A DNA stretch of 64,000 nucleotides, taken from contig CBDUQR010000006.1 of NCBI GenBank assembly GCA_965369655.1, positions 19,186 through 83,185 on the forward strand, in the 5' to 3' direction. Of the stretch, positions 1 to 8,757 are shown in pieces. Within the stretch, counting starts at the first letter, position 1; every line of letters starts with the position of its first letter. The notes under the pieces were generated by a model. The model saw nothing but the letters and a program-made list of their open reading frames with translations. It did not search any database and was not told the origin of the DNA. This DNA comes from an uncultured bacterium. GTDB taxonomy: Bacteria; Zixibacteria; MSB-5A5; JAABVY01; JAHJOQ01. The position numbers were made by a program, and so were the translations under genes.

Positions 1-187
1 CAAGCTTGCCGATCTCTCGCCTCTCATCGGGGCCGAGATCCTTGAGACCGCGCAGTACGGAAGTCAACTCGCTCTTGCGACCGAGATACTTCACCCGGAG
101 TTCGTCAAGCGAACCCTGAGACTCGATCGCAGAAATGTCGCGGGCAAACTCCTCCCTGATGGAGAGAATCTTCTCTTTTGCGGACAT
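1..187 (-). CDS. pheS: Phenylalanine--tRNA ligase alpha subunit, N-terminal part (runs off the window edge)
   Basis: Manual translation from ATG at 187: MSAKEKILSIREEFARDISAIESQGSLDELRVKYLGRKSELTSVLRGLKDLGPDERREIGKL. This is the PheS N-terminal coiled-coil motif, in the classic position after rplT. Confidence 0.9.
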   Translation of the reverse strand, partial: MSAKEKILSIREEFARDISAIESQGSLDELRVKYLGRKSELTSVLRGLKDLGPDERREIGKL

Positions 188-195
188 AACGGGAC

Positions 196-549
196 CTATG
201 TAGCTTGCCTGACCATCGACACCAGCCGCTCGAAGGCAGCGATATCGCGGGCAGCGATATCAGCGAGGGCTTTGCGGTCAAGTCCTATTCCAGCTTTCTT
301 CAGTCCTGCGATGAAAATGCTGTAGCGCATGTCGAACATGCAACATGCTGCGGAAATGCGTGTAATCCAAAGGCGCCTGAAATCGCGTTTCCTGTTACGG
401 CGATCACGGTAGGCGTATGTCTGGCCTTTGTTGACAGTCTCGCGAACCGTCCGCCAGAGTTTGCCACGGCCGGCATAGTTGCCTTTGGCCTGCTCGAAGA
501 CTTTCTTTTTCTTCTTCCTGGACGCTACACTATTTACTACACGAGGCAT
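196..549 (-). CDS. rplT: 50S ribosomal protein L20
   Basis: MPRV...YAYRDRRNRKRDFRRLWITRI...LDRKALADIA signature. Confidence 0.98.
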   Translation of the reverse strand: MPRVVNSVASRKKKKKVFEQAKGNYAGRGKLWRTVRETVNKGQTYAYRDRRNRKRDFRRLWITRISAACCMFDMRYSIFIAGLKKAGIGLDRKALADIAARDIAAFERLVSMVRQAT

Positions 550-579
550 CGATTCCTCCCGAATTTTTCTCGCTGATCA

Positions 580-777
580 CTACCCGTTGGGCAGCATTCT
601 ACCGACCCTGCCCGCGTCAGCCGGTGACACGATTGCAGGCCTGCGGAAATTACGTTTGCGCTTGCGCGATTTCTTGGTCAGTATGTGACTCGAATAGGCT
701 TTCAGCCTGCGGAACTTGCCGGAACCGGTACGTTTGAATCTCTTCGCAGCAGCCCTGTTGGTCTTCATCTTCGGCAT
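580..777 (-). CDS. rpmI: 50S ribosomal protein L35
   Basis: [21 protein letters not shown]...HILTKKS signature. Confidence 0.98.
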   Translation of the reverse strand: MPKMKTNRAAAKRFKRTGSGKFRRLKAYSSHILTKKSRKRKRNFRRPAIVSPADAGRVGRMLPNG

Positions 778-804
778 GATTATCTCCGATAATGCGAATT
801 CATC

Positions 805-1329
805 CTATTTGGGCATTACTATTATTGACAGCCGCCGACCTTCCATTTTCGGCTTCTGCTCAACAACAGCTATATCTGAAAGCTCCTCCTGGAGCTTATC
901 AAGTATTTTTCTTCCGAACTCTATATGCGCCATCTCTCGTCCTCTGAACTCGACAAAAATCTTCACCTTGAAACCATCGAGCAGAAACTGACGCACATGC
1001 TTTGTCTTAAACAGATAGTCATGTTCCTCGATCTTCGGTCTGTACCGCATCTCCTTGAGCTGGACCGTATGCTGCTTTTTCCTCGCGATCTTCTTCTTCT
1101 TCGAAAGCTCATACTTATACTTCCCGTAATCCAGGATCCTGCAAACCGGAGGACTCGCCATTGGCGAAACTTCAACGAGATCGAGTTCACGCTCATACGC
1201 CATTTGCTGAGCTTCTTTTACCGGCAAGACGCCGATCTGCTCACCATCCGGTCCGATCACACGAACCTGCGGCGTACGGATCCTTTCATTGATACGGATT
1301 TCCGGTGTTCTCTTCTTAGTGCTCCTTAT
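805..1329 (-). CDS. infC: Translation initiation factor IF-3, probable non-canonical ATA start
   Basis: DLVEVSP..PPVCRILDYGKYKYE and FRGRE motifs. The frame extends upstream of the called ORF through RINERIRTPQVRVIG to an ATA at 1329, 7 nt after GGAG, with no in-frame ATG. Confidence 0.95.
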   Translation of the reverse strand: MRSTKKRTPEIRINERIRTPQVRVIGPDGEQIGVLPVKEAQQMAYERELDLVEVSPMASPPVCRILDYGKYKYELSKKKKIARKKQHTVQLKEMRYRPKIEEHDYLFKTKHVRQFLLDGFKVKIFVEFRGREMAHIEFGRKILDKLQEELSDIAVVEQKPKMEGRRLSIIVMPK

Positions 1330-1333
1330 AGAA

Positions 1334-3298
1334 TCACTCCTTCCTAAAGGGCGTTATTTTACCACTAATCTCTTCGGTTAGCAAGGAAATAATCTCGTCC
1401 AGGCTCTTTGATCCGAGATCTCCTTCCCCGTGCCGCCGATACGAAACGCAACCCGCCTCCGTCTCGCGCTTCCCGACTATCAGCATGACCGGCACTTTCC
1501 GAGTCTCCGCCTCGCGAATCTTGAACCCTATCTTCTCGGACCTGGAATCGACCTTCGCCCTTATGCCGCTCTCGACAAGTCGATCACACACCTGCCGAGC
1601 GTAGTCATTGAGTTCATCCGATATCGGCAGAACTTTGGCCTGAACCGGCGCAAGCCAAAGCGGAAATGCCCCAGCGTAATGTTCGACCATCACTCCGAAG
1701 AATCTCTCGAGAGAACCGAATATCGCCCTGTGAATCATATAGGGACGCTTTTGCGTATTGTCCGAATCGGTATACGTCAGATCGAAACGCTCCGGAAGAT
1801 TGAAATCGAACTGTATTGTCGAACACTGCCATGTGCGCTTGAGCGCATCTCGGACATGGACATCGATCTTGGGACCGTAGAAAGCGCCTGCGCCCTCATC
1901 CAACTGGTAGTCGAGGCCTGTGCGGTCCAGCGCATTCGCCAGCGATTTCTCCGCCAGTATCCAGCGCTCAGGTTCGCCGACAAACTTCTCCTCCGGCTTG
2001 GTCGAAAGAAATACCTCGTATTCCTCGAAGCCGAAAACCTTCAGGAAATCAAGGGTTAGCTCTACCACGCCGACGATCTCATCCTCGACCTGATCCGGCG
2101 TACAGAATATGTGGGCGTCATCCTGTGTGAATGATCGAACCCGGAACAATCCCTGGAGTACGCCTGACCTCTCGTAGCGATAGACGGTCCCGAGTTCGGC
2201 CCATCGAATCGGTAACTCACGGTACGAATGCAGGGAGTGTCTGTATATCTCGATGTGGAACGGACAATTCATCGGCTTGATCTGGTACAGCTCGCCGTCG
2301 ACATCCATCGGACTGTACATATCCTCATGGTAGAAATCGGTATGACCCGAAGTCTGCCAGAGCTTGAGTTTGGCTATGTGCGGTGAATAGACCAACTCAT
2401 AGCCGGATGCGACATGCTTGTCCTTCCAGTAATTCTCGATGATGTTGCGTACGATAGCGCCGTTTGGATGCCACAGGACCAGACCACCGCCGACCTCTTC
2501 CCTTATCGAGTAAAGATCGAGTTCCCTGCCGAGTTTCCTGTGATCCCGTCGCTTCGCCTCTTCAACCCGCTTGATGTAGTCATCGAGACTCACCTTGTCC
2601 GGATAGGAGACACCGTAAATGCGTTGCAGCATTTTATTCTCTTCGGAGCCGCGCCAGTATGCACCCGCAACCGACATCAGCTTGAACGCCTTGATCTTTC
2701 CGGTCGATGGCAGATGGGGACCGCGACAAAGGTCCACAAAGGTGTCATGCCTGTAAATGGAAAGCGTCTCGTCTTCCAACTCGGATATCAGTTCGAGCTT
2801 GTAGTCTTCGTTCATGTCTCCAAAAAGCTTGACGGCTTCGCCGGATGAGCACTCCTCACGCCTGAACTCATGGTTGCCCTTGATGATCTCGCGCATGCGC
2901 TTTTCGATCTTAACGAGATATTCATCGGTGAATGGCTGCGGCGCGTCGAAATCATAGTAGAAGCCTTCATCGATTGGCGGACCGATGGCGAGCTTTGTAC
3001 CAGGGAAAAGATCGAGAACGGCCTGAGCCATCACATGCGCCGACGAATGCCAGAAGACCTCCCGGCCTTCCTTGTCGTCGAATGTCAGCAGGGTCAGCTT
3101 AGCGTCGGAATCGAGCGATCTGGTCAGGTCGACAACCTCACCGTCCACGCTCGCCGCGAGGACCTTTTTCGCCAGACTGTTCGATATCGACCTGGCGATC
3201 TCCAGAGCAGTCACGCCTGCCGGGAATTCTCTCGTCGAACCATCCGGAAAAGTTATCTCAATCGATTTCACCGTAACTTCTTTCATTTGCTCACCCAT
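1334..3298 (-). CDS. thrS: Threonine--tRNA ligase
   Basis: TGS domain; HSSAH, DLCRGPH, KPMNCP, YRYE, FTQDDAH and IHRAIFGSLERF motifs. Confidence 0.99.
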   Translation of the reverse strand: MGEQMKEVTVKSIEITFPDGSTREFPAGVTALEIARSISNSLAKKVLAASVDGEVVDLTRSLDSDAKLTLLTFDDKEGREVFWHSSAHVMAQAVLDLFPGTKLAIGPPIDEGFYYDFDAPQPFTDEYLVKIEKRMREIIKGNHEFRREECSSGEAVKLFGDMNEDYKLELISELEDETLSIYRHDTFVDLCRGPHLPSTGKIKAFKLMSVAGAYWRGSEENKMLQRIYGVSYPDKVSLDDYIKRVEEAKRRDHRKLGRELDLYSIREEVGGGLVLWHPNGAIVRNIIENYWKDKHVASGYELVYSPHIAKLKLWQTSGHTDFYHEDMYSPMDVDGELYQIKPMNCPFHIEIYRHSLHSYRELPIRWAELGTVYRYERSGVLQGLFRVRSFTQDDAHIFCTPDQVEDEIVGVVELTLDFLKVFGFEEYEVFLSTKPEEKFVGEPERWILAEKSLANALDRTGLDYQLDEGAGAFYGPKIDVHVRDALKRTWQCSTIQFDFNLPERFDLTYTDSDNTQKRPYMIHRAIFGSLERFFGVMVEHYAGAFPLWLAPVQAKVLPISDELNDYARQVCDRLVESGIRAKVDSRSEKIGFKIREAETRKVPVMLIVGKRETEAGCVSYRRHGEGDLGSKSLDEIISLLTEEISGKITPFRKE

Positions 3299-3320
3299 AA
3301 CAAAAACCCCCAGCAGGGGA
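3299..3320 (-). terminator. Terminator-like hairpin between tRNA-Val and thrS
   Basis: Minus strand reads TCCCC-TGCT-GGGGG-TTTTTGTT immediately before the thrS ATG; the stem is short. Confidence 0.45.
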
Positions 3321-3323
3321 ACA

Positions 3324-3400
3324 TGGTGGGCGATACTGGAATCGAACCAGTGACCTCTTGCATGTCAAGCAAGCACTCTAACCAACTGAGCTAATCGCCC
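3324..3400 (-). tRNA. tRNA-Val(GAC), CCA encoded
   Basis: GGGCGATTAGCTCAGTTGGTTAGAG...CTTGC TT GAC AT GCAAG...GGTTCGATTCC...ATCGCCCACCA cloverleaf. Confidence 0.97.
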
Positions 3401-3415
3401 ATCGCACGATTGGTT

Positions 3416-3444
3416 AAGTTAATTCACTCCTGTTATTCTGTCAA
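3416..3444 (-). promoter_or_regulatory. Sigma70-type promoter for tRNA-Val/thrS
   Basis: TTGACA-17 nt-TAACTT. Confidence 0.7.
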
Positions 3445-3609
3445 GCGAAAACACCTCTGGAACCGATGCCGACAGGCTGCCGAAGCAATTGTTGTCTCCA
3501 TCAGTCAGTATAGAACACCACATCTCCATTAACACTTGTATCGGTTCCAATTCGTATTTCTTGTATGGGCCGATTCGTGCGAAAAACCTTTAGCTGGATT
3601 CTGTGGATT

Positions 3610-4518
3610 CTAACCGACTTTTGCCATTCTGACAAATGTCTCGGCTTTGGCGTATTCCTCGCGGAGCAGACTGATCGACTGCATGACGTCATAAGGGGAT
3701 ATGCCGAGGTTTTCCTTCGCCTCATCGAAAATATCGACAAGTTCGCTCTCGTTCTCTTCCTCGACATCAAACGCACTGCAAGCAATGTTGTTGGCAAAGC
3801 TGACCAGAAATACAATGTTCCGCCCTTCATCCGCATTCGTTGGGGAATGATGATACTGGATCGCCTGCTCAATCACCTTTGGAAGATTCCAGCGCTGTGC
3901 AAACAGAGCGCCGAGGTCGCAGTGAGTGTAATCGAGCAAGAGTTTTTCAGCCCGCATAAAATCTATCTGGTTTTCCTCAGCCAATTTGCTTACAGCCGCG
4001 AAGTCATCCGGGATGTATATGTGCATTATCAGCTTGCCGATGTCATGCAGCAGCCCTGCCGAGAACGCCAGCTCAGCTTCGACAGTGCATGTGCCCGAAA
4101 TCTTGCCGGCGAAAAGCCTGGCGCCTACCGCCGTGATGAGCGAATGCCGCCAGTACTCCTGTTGGAAATTGGGATCGACCTTATTCTTACCGAAAAGATC
4201 AAACACGCCTGTGCACAAGACCAATGACCTGATTGCCTCGATACCGAGTATTATGACAGCCTGCTTTATCGACGTAACCGACTGCCGCAGGCCATAGTAG
4301 GCCGAGTTAGAGAGCTTGAGGACCTTGGCGCTCATCGCCGGATCCTCAGCGAGGATCGACGCTATGTCGAAAGCCGAAGTTCTCGGATCACTGACGACCT
4401 TGTTCATCTGCTGGAACACCAGCGGAGGGGTAGGAAGATTAGATACCCGCTCAATAATCCCCTTGAGTCGTTCCGACGTAGTTTGTGTATCCCGGATGAC
4501 TGTCTTCTCCTCATCCAT
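3610..4518 (-). CDS. HDOD domain protein
   Basis: LPTPP...DPAMSAKVLKLSNSAYYG...WRHS...AGLLHDIGK...H.DLGA..A.RWNLP...IQYHH. Confidence 0.92.
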   Translation of the reverse strand: MDEEKTVIRDTQTTSERLKGIIERVSNLPTPPLVFQQMNKVVSDPRTSAFDIASILAEDPAMSAKVLKLSNSAYYGLRQSVTSIKQAVIILGIEAIRSLVLCTGVFDLFGKNKVDPNFQQEYWRHSLITAVGARLFAGKISGTCTVEAELAFSAGLLHDIGKLIMHIYIPDDFAAVSKLAEENQIDFMRAEKLLLDYTHCDLGALFAQRWNLPKVIEQAIQYHHSPTNADEGRNIVFLVSFANNIACSAFDVEEENESELVDIFDEAKENLGISPYDVMQSISLLREEYAKAETFVRMAKVG

Positions 4519-4520
4519 TC

Positions 4521-4949
4521 TTACTCGGAATCGCTTTCCGTCCCGATTTCCCCTATCATCCTCGATACAATCTTATCCAGCACTCTGGAAGTCAGGTAGT
4601 TTCCTGAACGAACCTTCTTCCTGGCATTCTCGATCTTGTCGCGTCTCTCCTCTGGAATCCCTTGACTCTTTCTATCCGGAGCGGGAGACTTGTCGGCGTT
4701 GCCTTCACTCTTTTTCAATGCACCGGAATCCATCAGTTTCTCCGCGATTGCCTTTGTAAACGAGGGTCTGGAATAGACTCCTTCCCCGATCAAACGTCGC
4801 ACTCTGGCGAGTTTCCCCTGGCCTTCAATTGATGAATGAGATATTTCAACCTTATCGCGTAATTCTCCTTTGGGGCTTTGCTTTGATTTGCTCTCCATAT
4901 TCTTTCGTCTTACGACAAGTCCTTCTCCGGGGATTTTCTCTACTCGCAT
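4521..4949 (-). CDS. flgM: FlgM-like anti-sigma28 factor with two tandem FlgM C-terminal motifs
   Basis: DKVEIS, then KLARVRRLIGEGVY...IAEKLM and RDKIENARKKVRSGNY...IVSRMI. Lies in the fliC operon. Start MRVEKI at 4949 avoids overlap with the upstream gene. Confidence 0.65.
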   Translation of the reverse strand: MRVEKIPGEGLVVRRKNMESKSKQSPKGELRDKVEISHSSIEGQGKLARVRRLIGEGVYSRPSFTKAIAEKLMDSGALKKSEGNADKSPAPDRKSQGIPEERRDKIENARKKVRSGNYLTSRVLDKIVSRMIGEIGTESDSE

Positions 4950-4965
4950 AGGATTTGGCCTTATC

Positions 4966-5418
4966 TCATCCCTTACCGTCGAGTATCCGCGCTTTTTCCG
5001 GCCGATGCCCGCGATATGCGGCGAGGTCCTGGGCATTCTTCAACGCCTCGAGTTCCTCTTTGATGCGGATGTAGCGATCGTTGGCAAACTCCTCGTTGTC
5101 CTTGATCATCGATAAGTTCTTTTTAATGAGAGTCGATATGGAGTTGACCAGCTTGCGGACCTCCGGAGAAGTTGCAGCGAGATTGAACAGCTTCCTGTTG
5201 TTGTTCCTCAATTCTGCGATTTTCTGTTCGCTCTCTGCGATTCGTTTCTTGACATTCTGGACGTCCTCGTAAACCGACAGGATTTTTTGATCCCGGTCGT
5301 ACTTGAGTACATCCATCTGCTTGTCAATGAGAATATACAGAGATTGATAGAAACTGTACTCCTCTTTGAGGAAAGAAATCAGTGTGTTTTCGAGATCGAC
5401 TACTTCTTTGTACTCCAT
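4966..5418 (-). CDS. FliT/FlgN-type flagellar export chaperone
   Basis: 150-aa helical protein directly after fliS, ending AY...RILDGKG. A separate flgN is present at 31568. Confidence 0.6.
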   Translation of the reverse strand: MEYKEVVDLENTLISFLKEEYSFYQSLYILIDKQMDVLKYDRDQKILSVYEDVQNVKKRIAESEQKIAELRNNNRKLFNLAATSPEVRKLVNSISTLIKKNLSMIKDNEEFANDRYIRIKEELEALKNAQDLAAYRGHRPEKARILDGKG

Positions 5419-5419
5419 T

Positions 5420-5857
5420 TCACACCTGTACTGATAAGACCCGCTGCCCGGAGGTCTGTTCTGTGCTTTTGTCGTTGTTTACTTCTGAGTTATTCTGATT
5501 TTCGATTCCCTGCCACCCGTCCTTGAGACCCGATAGTATTTCCCTGAGATCTCCGATGATCTCCGGACTCCTCGTCGAGTTCAGGATGTAGAGCTGGCTG
5601 ATGATAAACGAATACAACGATCCCAGCTTCTCTGCGATCTCGCCGCCCTTGTCGAAATCAAGCGTGGTATAGAGGTGATAGATAACCCTGTGCACTCTCT
5701 CGACACGATCGGCGAATACGTCTGTCCTCTCGTTATCCAGTTCTTCCTGCGCCTGATCGAGGAACTTCAGCGCGCCGTTGTACAGCAGCAGGATCAGGTC
5801 CCTCTGCCCCATTCCGGCGACCTGATTTCTCTGGTAGGTTGCCAATGCGTTGTTCAT
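5420..5857 (-). CDS. fliS: Flagellin chaperone FliS
   Basis: Y..NQV...LILLLYNGALKFL...TLDFDKGGEIAEKLGSLY...W. Confidence 0.95.
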   Translation of the reverse strand: MNNALATYQRNQVAGMGQRDLILLLYNGALKFLDQAQEELDNERTDVFADRVERVHRVIYHLYTTLDFDKGGEIAEKLGSLYSFIISQLYILNSTRSPEIIGDLREILSGLKDGWQGIENQNNSEVNNDKSTEQTSGQRVLSVQV

Positions 5858-5886
5858 GTTGTCTTCCGCCTACATGTGAAGCCGGT

Positions 5887-8220
5887 CTATTTCTTCCAGT
5901 ATGTTTTGAGTTGATCGAGCTGGGTATTGAGATAAGAAGTCTGCGCATTCATCTCTTCGAGGTACTTCTCCAGCTCTATGAATTTCTTGTAGATGGCCTC
6001 CTTGCGAATCGCGAGACGCGCCTCTTCTCCTTCTATTCTCGCCTGAGTATAGTCGATCTGTTTCTGGATCGCGCTGGATCGCCTTGCCATCATGCCTTCG
6101 GATGACTTGGTCAGGCTGTCGAGCAGCGCGTCAAACTGGCTCGCGATCCCCTTGGTGAACGTGAGATTGGCCTCTGCACCATCACCGAGATCAGCCGCAG
6201 TCAGTTCGACTTTCAGTCTGATTCCCGCAGTCGTCTCATTCTCCTCATTGCCTGCGAGCATCTGGCCGGTGCCGTCAGCCGCTTCGCCATTGATAGTCCC
6301 CTCTACATCTTTTCCCGAATAGGAAACTGCCTGCGCCAGGCCGAGCGTTGTGAACGCGCTGTTTCCCGAACCTGCCTGGATCTTAGCCGTCGAATTGGAA
6401 CCATAAGAGCCGGAATCTATGCGCAGGAAACCAGTCTCTCCAAGATCAGAATAGCTCACCGACACTCCATAGGAACCGATGTTGGCGTCATTGTCTATCT
6501 GAGTCTGAATCTCAGAGACCAGTTCTTCCCAACTGTTGTACGTCTTTTCTGTCAAATGGATATCTTCAGAGACCCGCGAGTCGACCACGATCTTGAAAAT
6601 GTTGTTATCGCTGTCTATCACAAGCGGCGTCTCGGAAAGATCGCTTAACTCGGTTCCCTGCAGGTAGCCTTTTGCGGCAGCCTGTGTGATGTCTATCTCG
6701 TAACCATCGAGGGGCGAAATCCTGCTGTCGAACGTCGCATTCAGAAAAGTGATCTTGGAATTGTCCGACTCACCCCAGTTTGCAAAAAGTTTGATCACAT
6801 CCGAAAGATTTTCTTCAAGCGCCTTCGTAAGTGCGCTGCTGTCGACAACATTGAGTTGGCCGAGCGTGCTCGTCCGTATTCCAATATCCGTCACTGTTCG
6901 AAAGCCCGAGTCGATCCCCTCAACGACCGTACTCGTCAACGCCCTCAACTGATGCTGAACAGACATCAGAGTTGTATCGCCAATAAGTATACCGGCCTGT
7001 TTGGTCTCGGTATCGTACTTGAGGTAGTCATCAATTCGGCTGTTCACTTCGTTGTACTGCGAGATCAGACCATCAATCAAACTCCTGACTGCAACCGTAT
7101 CGAACTCGGTTTTGATTGTGATATCCGGCGTCTCGGCGTCACTCTCCCTATTCAGAGTCAGCGTGATACCCGGTATGACATCCTCAATCGTATTATTGGA
7201 GGACGTGACAGTGATCGGTGATCCTCCACCGTCGGACGATCCGATCGAAATCCTCGCGTCCTGAGCTTGCTGAACTACTGGAGCAAACGTCTGAACCTGA
7301 AAAGTATCTCCTGCGACCAGATCTCCGGCCGCGAAGTTCAGGGTCAGCCCGTCCGAACCGTCGCCCGTCAGGCTCACCTCGGCGCCTGCCGTCGATACGG
7401 TGACGGTCCCCGAATTCGTGCCGTCGGTCCAGTTTACAAGAATATCCCCCGAGCCGACTGTCTGGGTGCCCGTGCCCTGGACCGTAAACGTATATGTCTT
7501 GTTGGTTGTCCCCGAATACGAAGCAGTTGATCCGAGTGAGACTGCCGAAGTAGCTGCGGACGACCATGTGAGCGTTTCCGGCGAATCGAAGCTCGCGGTC
7601 GCAAAATCGGGCGCAGTACCGCCGGTCAGACTATTCGTGATTACTATTTGATTAGATAAACCGGTCTGCTTCGAAGTGATCAGCAGCCTGTTCGAATTGC
7701 TCGAAGAGCCATCGTTGACCACCGAAGCGGTAACTCCCGCGCCAGCGGCATTGATCGCGTCTTTGAGACCGGATAGCGTATTGTTTGTTGCATCTATCGT
7801 TATTGTCGTCTCGGCAGCGTCTCCAACCTTGATTTTGAATGTCCCCGTACCGATCCGGGTCGTATCCTTGTCTGCGAACCCCTGGCTTGCCACCTGATGA
7901 TTCCTGGCAAGCTGATCGATACTAATCCTGTAGAGACCGGAAGTGACGTCTCCGGATACCGCCGCTGTGGCGTACGATTCGTTTGAGACCGTCAACTGCG
8001 TCTTATTAAACGAAGACGGCTTTGTAAGAAGAGATACTTTTGCTTTCAGACCGAGCAGCATGGCAGAAATAGAGTTATATGTCGTAATCTTGTTTGTTCG
8101 TTCTACCTGCTGCGCCTCCATGATCCTGACGTGGCCCCTTTCCCCGTTGATTATTGCCTCAACGATCGCCGCTGTGTCAAGATTGGAGTTGATTCCCTGG
8201 ATGTAATTTGTACCTGGCAT
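5887..8220 (-). CDS. fliD: Flagellar filament cap protein FliD (777 aa, with insertions)
   Basis: GINSNLDTAAIVEAII N-terminus; QLA, QQAQDA, IPGITLTL motifs; C-terminal coiled coil ending MNAQTSYL. Confidence 0.95.
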   Translation of the reverse strand: MPGTNYIQGINSNLDTAAIVEAIINGERGHVRIMEAQQVERTNKITTYNSISAMLLGLKAKVSLLTKPSSFNKTQLTVSNESYATAAVSGDVTSGLYRISIDQLARNHQVASQGFADKDTTRIGTGTFKIKVGDAAETTITIDATNNTLSGLKDAINAAGAGVTASVVNDGSSSNSNRLLITSKQTGLSNQIVITNSLTGGTAPDFATASFDSPETLTWSSAATSAVSLGSTASYSGTTNKTYTFTVQGTGTQTVGSGDILVNWTDGTNSGTVTVSTAGAEVSLTGDGSDGLTLNFAAGDLVAGDTFQVQTFAPVVQQAQDARISIGSSDGGGSPITVTSSNNTIEDVIPGITLTLNRESDAETPDITIKTEFDTVAVRSLIDGLISQYNEVNSRIDDYLKYDTETKQAGILIGDTTLMSVQHQLRALTSTVVEGIDSGFRTVTDIGIRTSTLGQLNVVDSSALTKALEENLSDVIKLFANWGESDNSKITFLNATFDSRISPLDGYEIDITQAAAKGYLQGTELSDLSETPLVIDSDNNIFKIVVDSRVSEDIHLTEKTYNSWEELVSEIQTQIDNDANIGSYGVSVSYSDLGETGFLRIDSGSYGSNSTAKIQAGSGNSAFTTLGLAQAVSYSGKDVEGTINGEAADGTGQMLAGNEENETTAGIRLKVELTAADLGDGAEANLTFTKGIASQFDALLDSLTKSSEGMMARRSSAIQKQIDYTQARIEGEEARLAIRKEAIYKKFIELEKYLEEMNAQTSYLNTQLDQLKTYWKK

Positions 8221-8235
8221 ATCAAGACTCTCAGT

Positions 8236-8263
8236 ATCGGGAGAGACCAGCGTCTCCCCCGAT
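8236..8263. other. Stem-loop between flaG and fliD
   Basis: ATCGGGAGAGAC-CAGC-GTCTCCCCCGAT imperfect inverted repeat. Confidence 0.5.
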
Positions 8264-8272
8264 TGTTTGTAT

Positions 8273-8683
8273 TCAGATTTCGGTATCGAGTATGATACCT
8301 GTCATCTCCTGCAGGCGGCCTCGCATGGCGAGGATCGAATCAGGCGGTATCTGCCTGATAACCTTACCGGATTCCGATTCAATTACCTTCACAACCACGC
8401 TGCCGGATTGTTTGTCGATCCGGAAATTCAGCGAGATTTGCTTGCTAATAAGCTGTTTGTTCAGTTCATCTATGAACGCCCCGAACTTCTCTCTTAGCGA
8501 GCCTGTGTTTGGAGACTCGCTGTCGGTTCCAGCCGTACTTGCGCCCAGAATACAGACAGCGTTAAGGTCGAGCCCCGCAGCCTTAGCCAGATCAGGTGAC
8601 TTTCCAGCATCCGATACTGAAGTCGGATCGGCTATCCACAAAGGATTGGCCAATACCGCCGAGGAGTTTAAGATCGGATCCAT
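8273..8683 (-). CDS. flaG: Flagellar protein FlaG
   Basis: LNFRIDKQSGSVVVKVIESESGKVIRQIPP; lies between fliC and fliD. Confidence 0.92.
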   Translation of the reverse strand: MDPILNSSAVLANPLWIADPTSVSDAGKSPDLAKAAGLDLNAVCILGASTAGTDSESPNTGSLREKFGAFIDELNKQLISKQISLNFRIDKQSGSVVVKVIESESGKVIRQIPPDSILAMRGRLQEMTGIILDTEI

Positions 8684-8702
8684 TCAAATCACCTCGTATT
8701 GT

Positions 8703-8726
8703 ACGGGGGAGGATTTCCTCCCCCGT
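8703..8726. other. GC-rich stem-loop after fliC (partial terminator or mRNA stabiliser)
   Basis: Perfect 10-bp stem ACGGGGGAGG-ATTT-CCTCCCCCGT; no U-tract in the fliC direction. Confidence 0.6.
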
Positions 8727-8757
8727 TTATCATCCTGCAATTGTCAACTCACCCCTG

